Shown here: positions 41,209 through 48,800 of the stretch, piece by piece
Position numbering within the stretch: position 1 is the first letter of the stretch
Layout: the number at the start of each line of letters is the position of its first letter
Assembly (NCBI GenBank): GCA_003344405.1
Contig: NOWV01000166.1
Coordinates: 124,001-172,800, forward strand
Source: Trichoplax sp. H2
Lineage: Eukaryota
Length of the DNA: 48,800 nt
Direction of reading: 5' to 3'
Translations under genes and position numbers: made by a program
Notes under the pieces: model-generated
What the model saw: only the letters and a program-made list of their open reading frames with translations
Database searches by the model: none
Told to the model about the DNA's origin: nothing

Positions 41209-43707
41209 ATGCTGTCTAGTCGTTTACTACTGCTGTTGTTGGCAAGACGAGGAATATCTGCTGTTACAAATACTGCCAAATATAGAAGTACCATTGCAAG
41301 TTATGATAGCACTATGCGCTGCTTAACTAGTGTCAATAAATATGAATTTTTACTAAAGTTTTACCCTCGCACACTTACAACAGATCTATTCCAGGATAGC
41401 CAATTGCACGATGAATTACAACGATTAACAAATTGTGCATCTATTTTACAATTTATTAAACGAAATAAACAATTCTACGATCCTGCTACAATAGTACTAT
41501 CATTCTCCAAACTTCGTCACAACATGGATAACTCCTATTCACTTTATAATCAAAAGGATTTCCAAAATTTATGTCAATTAACTTGTCAGAAATTAACTTT
41601 ATTAAATGACGATGAATTTATTTCTCTATCATCATCCTTAGCAGGTTTTATCAATAAGAATCGATTTATTACCGATAAGAGTGTGATGCGATTATTTATT
41701 GATATCCATACAAATGCGGCCCAACGATATCCATCTTTTAATAACAGCCAACTCTCTCATATGGCATGGTGTCTTATACAGTATTCCACGATACCTAAAT
41801 TAAATAATAAACTCTATTTAAATCAGCTAGCAGCAGCGGTGGAAAAAAGAGTCACAAGCTTTAATAATCCAGTTCATATCGCTAAATTAATGTGGGCATT
41901 ATCAAAAGATCAATTAAACATAGACATTTTTCAACAGTTACAACAACAAGCAATCAATAACATTAATAAATTTAATCCAATCAGTATATCCATGGTATGT
42001 TATTCGCTGGCTTTATTCGGGGATAGATCGGAACAACTGTTGACGGCAATTGAAAATAGAATGCTAGCAATAATTAATTTATTAGATCCACGAAGTATCG
42101 CAAACATTGCTTGGGCTTTCGCAAAGTTAAACTGGTTCAATGATGAAATCTTTGGATTCATTCAAAAACGTACATTAGACAATATTGGCAAGAGAACGTT
42201 ACGACCACAGTCAATTTCTAACATCATTTGGGCCTTTGCAAGCATGAATTATGATGATCAGCAATTATTTACTGCTGGTTGTTTGCATTTCTTACATAAT
42301 CATCAGCATTATAATATAGACGACCTATGTCAGTTAATTTATTCACTGGGGAAGATGAATTTTAAACTGGAATTACCAGCCAGTAAAAAATTCTTCCCAA
42401 TCGTTATTCAACGATTAGAAGATCTGATGAAGCGACAAAATCGCTACACTCCTAAATTTTATAAGCAAGTTATTAGTGCAACTTGGTCACTGATAATAAT
42501 GGAACAATTTCCACCTCGATTAATATCTAAAATTCTCTCCGATCAATTTATAGAAGGTAAAGATATTATAAAATAGGCATTTATCGCTATTGCATATGTC
42601 TGCTATTATGAAATTTTTCAAAAATTGTCGCCATATGTAACTAAATCATTAATGGAATAATACTAGCATGCAGTCCTCTACTTTTATCATAAATCAATAA
42701 TATCATAGGTGATACAGTATACATTACAGTAATAACAATGTTGATGATTTTAAGGTTGATATAATAATATTTAATTGAGTCTACTTCGTTTGCTAGATGC
42801 AACTCCATATATTTCACAAATAGAAGCAACTCAGTTATATCAAATAGATTTAGCCACAATATTAGAATCAGGCGATTCAAGCATCCAATGTTTATCGCCT
42901 GTAAATAAAAGGAAATTTGTTCAAGCGTTTTGTGCCGTTACTACCTCATTGTCGTCATTGGAACAAAATGTTGTGCCTGCCATTCACCAATTTGTAGGTG
43001 GAGATAGATATTACAGGTTACAAGTTGCAACGCCATTTGGATATAGCATCGATATTGAGCTACTATTAGACAAGGATAAAAATCTAATGCCTATCAATGA
43101 GATTCTTCCTGCAGCGACATCAACAGGCGATAACATCGAGATGAAGATAACCAACCTGATAACAAAAGTAGTCACGGAATCCATGTTAGTATATGCGAAT
43201 GATATAAGTATTGTAGATTACTGCATCAGTTTTCGCATTCTTCCGATTCTGCAAAAAGATACTGCAAAAGGAGTCATTGAACTAGTTTCGTTACTGATGT
43301 TATACCGATATTCTTACTTAGATAAACTGTCATTATACTACATCAATAAAAAAGTAACGAATCATTCTCTTATTCTCCTATATATACATTAATACTTGTA
43401 TACTGTATATACGAGTAGGACTCATCTTGACTATGAAAGAATTGCAATTGAAATCGATGGTCCAGTTCATTTTGCGTACAAATCCAATCGATATTTAGGT
43501 CATACCATTATGAAAACTAGACATTTGTCATTATTAGGCTGGCATGTTATAAGGGTGAGTTATAAGTAGTTTGTAATTTTCGATAATCGCATTGACAATT
43601 TAATCTCGAATTTTTTATTATTTCAGGTTCCGTACTATGAATGGAATAAATTAAATGATCTCCCTGAAATTGACCGATATCTGAAAGAGAAGTTATTTCA
43701 GCGGTGA
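41209..43707 (+). CDS. FASTKD-like helical-repeat + RAP-domain protein, paralog 2; exons 41209-42556, 42797-43167, 43419-43554, 43627-43707
   Basis: Presequence-like MLSSRLLLLLLARRGISA, repeats LDPRSIANIAWAFAKL and LRPQSISNIIWAFASM, QIDLATILE, GYSID, RIAIEIDGPVHF...LGHTIMKTRHLSLLGWHVIR|VPYYEW; TGA 43705-43707. Confidence 0.9.
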
Positions 43708-44307
43708 TCAAGAGATCTTATCTTACATGAACATTAATAAGTACGAATACTAATTGGAGATAGAGTTACTTCGATGGACTTCATGTACACTTGGATCGTC
43801 AATTAAATCAATATCTGTATATGCTGGCATACACCGTATGTCGCATTCATTTATAATGTGAATATGGTGTATTAATCATACTTAAGTGTTTATTCCGACA
43901 AAAATAAAACCATTGTTACAAAAATTCAAGATTTTTTAATATTGTCCATCAACTGCATTATACTGTATCTGATTTAATTTATATTGAATAGCATAGGATA
44001 ACAAGTCATAATACGTTTTAATAATTTTTTTTTTCAAATTTAGCATTAGTTTTTAAAAGTGCTAGTAATCAGAGCTCTACATACAAGCCAATAAAATTGC
44101 AATTTTAAGAGAACGTCAGCTCAACATGTTTCGTGACGTCAATCATAAGTATAGTGTAATTATATGTAGCGTAGCATATAGGGAGAACTATGCTCTGCAG
44201 AGTAATAACTAAATTCTGCTCAGAACAAGTTCGATATTTAAATGATGCACAAAGTTGCCTATAATAATCAATTTGTTCTGATTTTAAATAAACAGCAACC
44301 AATATGG

Positions 44308-46506
44308 CTAGTTCTCACGGTTAATGTTCATAGGACCATCGCCAAATATCTTCCGTTTCATATATTGCTTGCGTTCATCATCGGTGTTAAGTTCTTCCCA
44401 ATCAAAGTATGGTACCTACGCAAGTTTATTCATTCGATTTAAAATGGGAAAGGGCAATTAAGAACTATTATAAACATTAAAAATACCTGAACAACGGTCC
44501 AACCTAAAAGTCTCAATTGCCGATGCTTCATTTTAGATTCACCAATTAGTTTTGTTGAATTATGAAGAAAGTGATATGGCCCATCAACTTCAATAGCTAT
44601 CCTTTTGTAGTGGGTTGGCCTACGTAGATGTATAAGAGAAAATATAAACGCTAACATCCTAGCTAATAGGGTATCATTTTGTACAGGTGATATTTACTTA
44701 TTTTTGCTGCGAAGGACATTAACTTTCGGTTCCTGTAAAACGTTGTTCAAATCTGTCATAATTGCAAGATCAACACTATAACCATATGCAGTCTTGAATT
44801 CCTTCCAATAATAGTGCGATCCATCAAATAGGTATTCCAAAGTTCTTTGAACATTATGTTGAAAGACAGATCCTTTTGTAGAAAATTTTTTGAGTGGTTT
44901 CAGAAAGTGGTTTCTATGCGAATGGGATAAACCTTGTAATTGCAGTTCAGGTCTTTCCAGTTTAGCGGCTAAATCAATCTGAAACATTTGCACTTGGATA
45001 GCACCAGTACCAAAACTATGAATCTCTATAAATTACAGAAAAATAGCCACGACCATGATTAAAAAGATAATAGTAAAAAGGGAGCCATGGCGAAGTATTG
45101 CTATAAATATTATTATCTACGCGTACATTAAGGTTAACGATCGTATCCTACTAACCTGAAACAATTTTTTCATTGAACAATGCATTAATTGCTCGATGAG
45201 GAAAGGTATCCAAGATAATTAAAGACCAAATGGATGTAACAATGGGTGGAATAATCATATTAGGGGTAGACTTTATGTAATATTCGATTTTAGATATTAC
45301 TTTTCGTAATAATGCAGGTTCAGGTAAATGATTCCACCTAGCAAATACATATAAAATATCGCCAATAGATTGTATCGAGAATTCATAGAGTGCTCCTTTA
45401 TCGGTCAGGTGAAGTCCAATTGCATCAGCTAAATCTTTATTATAATATCGTAAGCTTGAAAGAGCACGAGCAATCTGGCTAACAGAATAAGTACTCATAT
45501 TATTGATATTTTTAATGACATAGTTTGAAATTTTTTCAAAGAGGTCTTCAACAACTAATGGGCGATAAGTAAACGACCTCATCAAAGACAGTACATGCTC
45601 TTCAGACAAGCCGTCTAAGTCTAGATGAGCGGCACGTTGTCCAAGCATTTCTCGAAGTTCTGGGCAGCGTCGATTTAATCGATGAAAAGCATTGCAAACA
45701 TCGCAGATTTGTTCAATAGAAAGTTCATTGAAGTGGTTGGCTATCCAGCTTTCAAGTTTACCAACAACTGATGATTTAATGCCATAGTGAGCAAAGACAG
45801 TAAAACTACGCATCAACAATTGCACATCCTTTCCTTCATGAATAATAGGTATTAGCATATTTACAAGTTGCTCATTGATCACTTTTAGTTTTAATCTTGA
45901 TCCTATTTTTAATTCAAGAATAACTAATAAATCCAAAATAGTTAAGGATTCAATACGACGCTCTAGCGTCAGTATAATGTGATTTGATAACTGTCCCAAT
46001 TGAGCACTGAGTGTGTCGCCTATAAGAGATTGAATTTTTAGAGCACATTTTAACAATTGCAATAATTCATCTGTATTGAAATGACCAGCCTTTCGTTTCG
46101 CAAAATCACATAATAAATTAAATTTAGGATTATTTGGTAGCGCGGTAACAATTCTCAAACTGGATGTACGGCTTGCATTAGCATAAATTTGATCCAATGA
46201 AGCAATTACATCACTACAACCATATCGATACTGATATTTAAAAAACAGATTTAAAACACTAATGACTGTTTTACATTTCTTGATATCTTCGAAGGGAGCT
46301 AATGAATTTGGTTTGGTATTCGTATCGTTGTTGTCAGCCTCTTTGAGTAAGGTGTTAGCATAATAACGTTGCCATTTCAATAAATGCCCTTGCAATCTTG
46401 GATTGTTATCATAATTATAGATGCTGCTCAAGTTGAAGGTGATTTTAGGTAAGCTATTATATGAATATCTGGCGATGCGCCCAATTATTCGTTGTAACTG
46501 ATTCAT
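44308..46506 (-). CDS. FASTKD-like helical-repeat + RAP-domain protein, paralog 3; exons 46506-45156, 45025-44698, 44619-44487, 44415-44308
   Basis: Arg-rich N-terminus, helical repeats, SIWSLIILDTFP, QIDLAAKLE, GYSVD, RIAIEVDGPYHF...IGESKMKHRQLRLLGWTVVQ|VPYFDW. Confidence 0.9.
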
Positions 46507-47329
46507 ATTTTAATTTGAAACTGGGATTGTACCATTAGATTAATAAGGTGCAAAAGTGGGTACTATCGTCAGGTCAAGTAGAGAATTGCAAAAGGCAACA
46601 ATCACTAATGTTAATGCTTAATCAAGCACAGTACCTTGAGTGTACAAGTGATCCTTGTGATGTGATGGCCATGTTCTTGATGAATCGGTGTTTACCAGTA
46701 TTTGCAGATGAATGATTGATGACTATGATTGGTTAGAGCTTGAATATAGTACCTTCCAATTCAGCCAATGGATTTCAATCAATACAAGAGTATACAGGTT
46801 TTTGGATGATTATTATTTACTTGCCTCTTGCACGCTACCTTTGCCAACTTTCAACTTATAGGCACCATTCACTCACCATTCAATCTAGTCTTGGTCTCCA
46901 CTGTAGCAAAGGCCCAATGAATAGCAAATGGCAATAAACTCGCTTACAGCTACTACCAATATTACGTAACTAAGAGTAATGGTTGCTGTACCTTTGAATC
47001 ATCAATAAATCGACAAGAAAGGATGCTGTTGACTCCGTAGCAAGTGGAGGTCTGGCCAGGTTTGCACTTGTGTCAATTGGATGTCTGCTAGGATGGCAAG
47101 TTTTCCTTGTGCCAACGGCCTAAAACGTATTATTTTACCATTCAAAGAGCTCTTTCCACCTTGAGCTACCTCGGAGAGAGTGTGGCCGCAATAAGCAGAA
47201 CGTCGATTAATGAATTTGGAGCTAAACCAAAAGAAGTTTGGATGTACACTCCATTTGCATGTAAAAGATGAAAGAAGATTGTGGGAATGCAGTGCGGCAA
47301 TTTGTCATCGTCTGCCAGGTCGAGCGGTG

Positions 47330-48600
47330 CGAAACGGTACGGTACAGTATAGTAGTACAAACCGGTCCAGCCTCGATGTCTCCATACAGTAGTACTGTAC
47401 TGGATGTCCCTCATTGAGCATCATCCAGTGCAGTACTGTACTGTACAGTGTACAGACATCGGGCCCGAGATGGACTAAGCGTACCGTATCGTACCGTGCC
47501 GTGGTGACAGTCACTGGTCACTGTCTACAGTGTCTAGTGTCCAGTCTACAGTACAGTATTTTGGAACACGTGTGATTTCAGGCTCTACAGTACAGTACAG
47601 TGTACTGTACAGTAGAAGAAGTTTACAGTATACTGTACAGTACTGTAAACCACAGGACAATGTTTGCAGTGGTTGTACTGTGGCCAGTAGGCCCAGCCAT
47701 AATAACCCCCATTACTTAGATATTCAGCGTAAATAGCTTCAACGATGAACCATCATTCTAATAAGAGTCAACAGTACTACACATGGTCGCGTATTCAATG
47801 AGAATGTGGCATGTGGCTGGACAGTGGTCAGATGTCAGCAACTGCCCAAATAGGGTACAGTACTGTACAGTACTTGTATTGTACAGCGTACTGTACATTG
47901 TACACTGTACACTGTACTGTGAGCAGAAATGAATCATTCAACAAGTGTGTGCTGCCTGCTTTGAGTACTGTATGCCAAGCGTAAATTACAAATTCTGGGG
48001 CGTGATACAGTAAATTGGATATTCCAATTTTGCATCAATTTGTACCAAATAGATGTACCAAATTGATCGCAAATCTACGTGTCGTGCTACTAGTACGACC
48101 AGTAGACTAGGACTACAAGCACCACTAGTAGACTACTTACTAGTACCACCAGTAGAACCACCAGTAGACTACTTACTGTACTGTACTGTACTAGTACAGT
48201 GTACCACCAGTAGACTACAGTAGTACTCCTAGTACCAAGTACTGTAGACTAGTACTACTTGTACAGTACTGTACTGTACTGTACAGTACAGTACCACCAG
48301 TCTACAGTACAGTACTACAGTACTACAGTACAGTATTATACTGTACTGTACGGTTGGCAATTTCAACGCATCTTTTTATCGACTTGGAAATTTGGACAGT
48401 ACACTGTACTGTACGACTACTGTACTCAGTACTGTACAACCAAAGTGATGAAATCGGCAGCTCCGACCCTACAGTACTGTACCGTACCTTACAGTGATAT
48501 GTACTGTAGTCAACGGACTTTCAACTGTAGCTTGGGTCCACAACAGATACACGACATACAGTACAGTACAGTACACTACTGTCTACACTACTGTATGTGA
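47330..48600. repeat. ACAGT/TACTG microsatellite-rich tract with a tagtaccaccagtagactac minisatellite (~48090-48260)
   Basis: Long runs of cagta/ctgta pentamers in both orientations; spurious ORFs rich in YSTV/TVQY. Confidence 0.9.
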
Positions 48601-48800
48601 CATGCCAACTCAACCCTAGTATTGCCACTGTAGCCCCCTTTCGCCGACGGTAAGTAAACCTGCGACTCGCTTGGACTGCGATTGAAATCGCCATCTTGCT
48701 TCCATATTTCATCTTATCTTTCCTGGTTTACAATCAACTAGCGAAAGAACATGGTACGAATTGAACCTGTGAAATGCTTCCATGCTATCAAGTTTGAACC

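Overview
AT-rich, gene-dense eukaryotic (animal) DNA with many short GT-AG introns. The gene style and abundant ACAGT/TACTG microsatellite suggest a placozoan such as Trichoplax; this is inference, not proven. Spliced genes read by hand: USP20/33-type deubiquitinase (5'-truncated, +), HSD17B7 (-), a CREC-family calumenin/reticulocalbin (+), FPGS (-), RAD50 (+, about 45 exons), STEEP1/CXorf56 (-), CDK9 (+), and three paralogous helical-repeat + RAP-domain (FASTKD-like) genes (-,+,-) with identical exon structure. Most notable: (1) the RAP trio has ~37-aa HPR/OPR-like repeats and intact nuclease-like motifs, a candidate mitochondrial RNA processing/splicing set; (2) four different hairpin-forming tandem arrays with shared motifs fill the FPGS-RAD50 divergent intergenic region; (3) USP20, FPGS and CDK9 are linked as on human 9q34; (4) CDK9 has PITSLRE instead of PITALRE. 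Exon coordinates are manual and may be off by a few bases.
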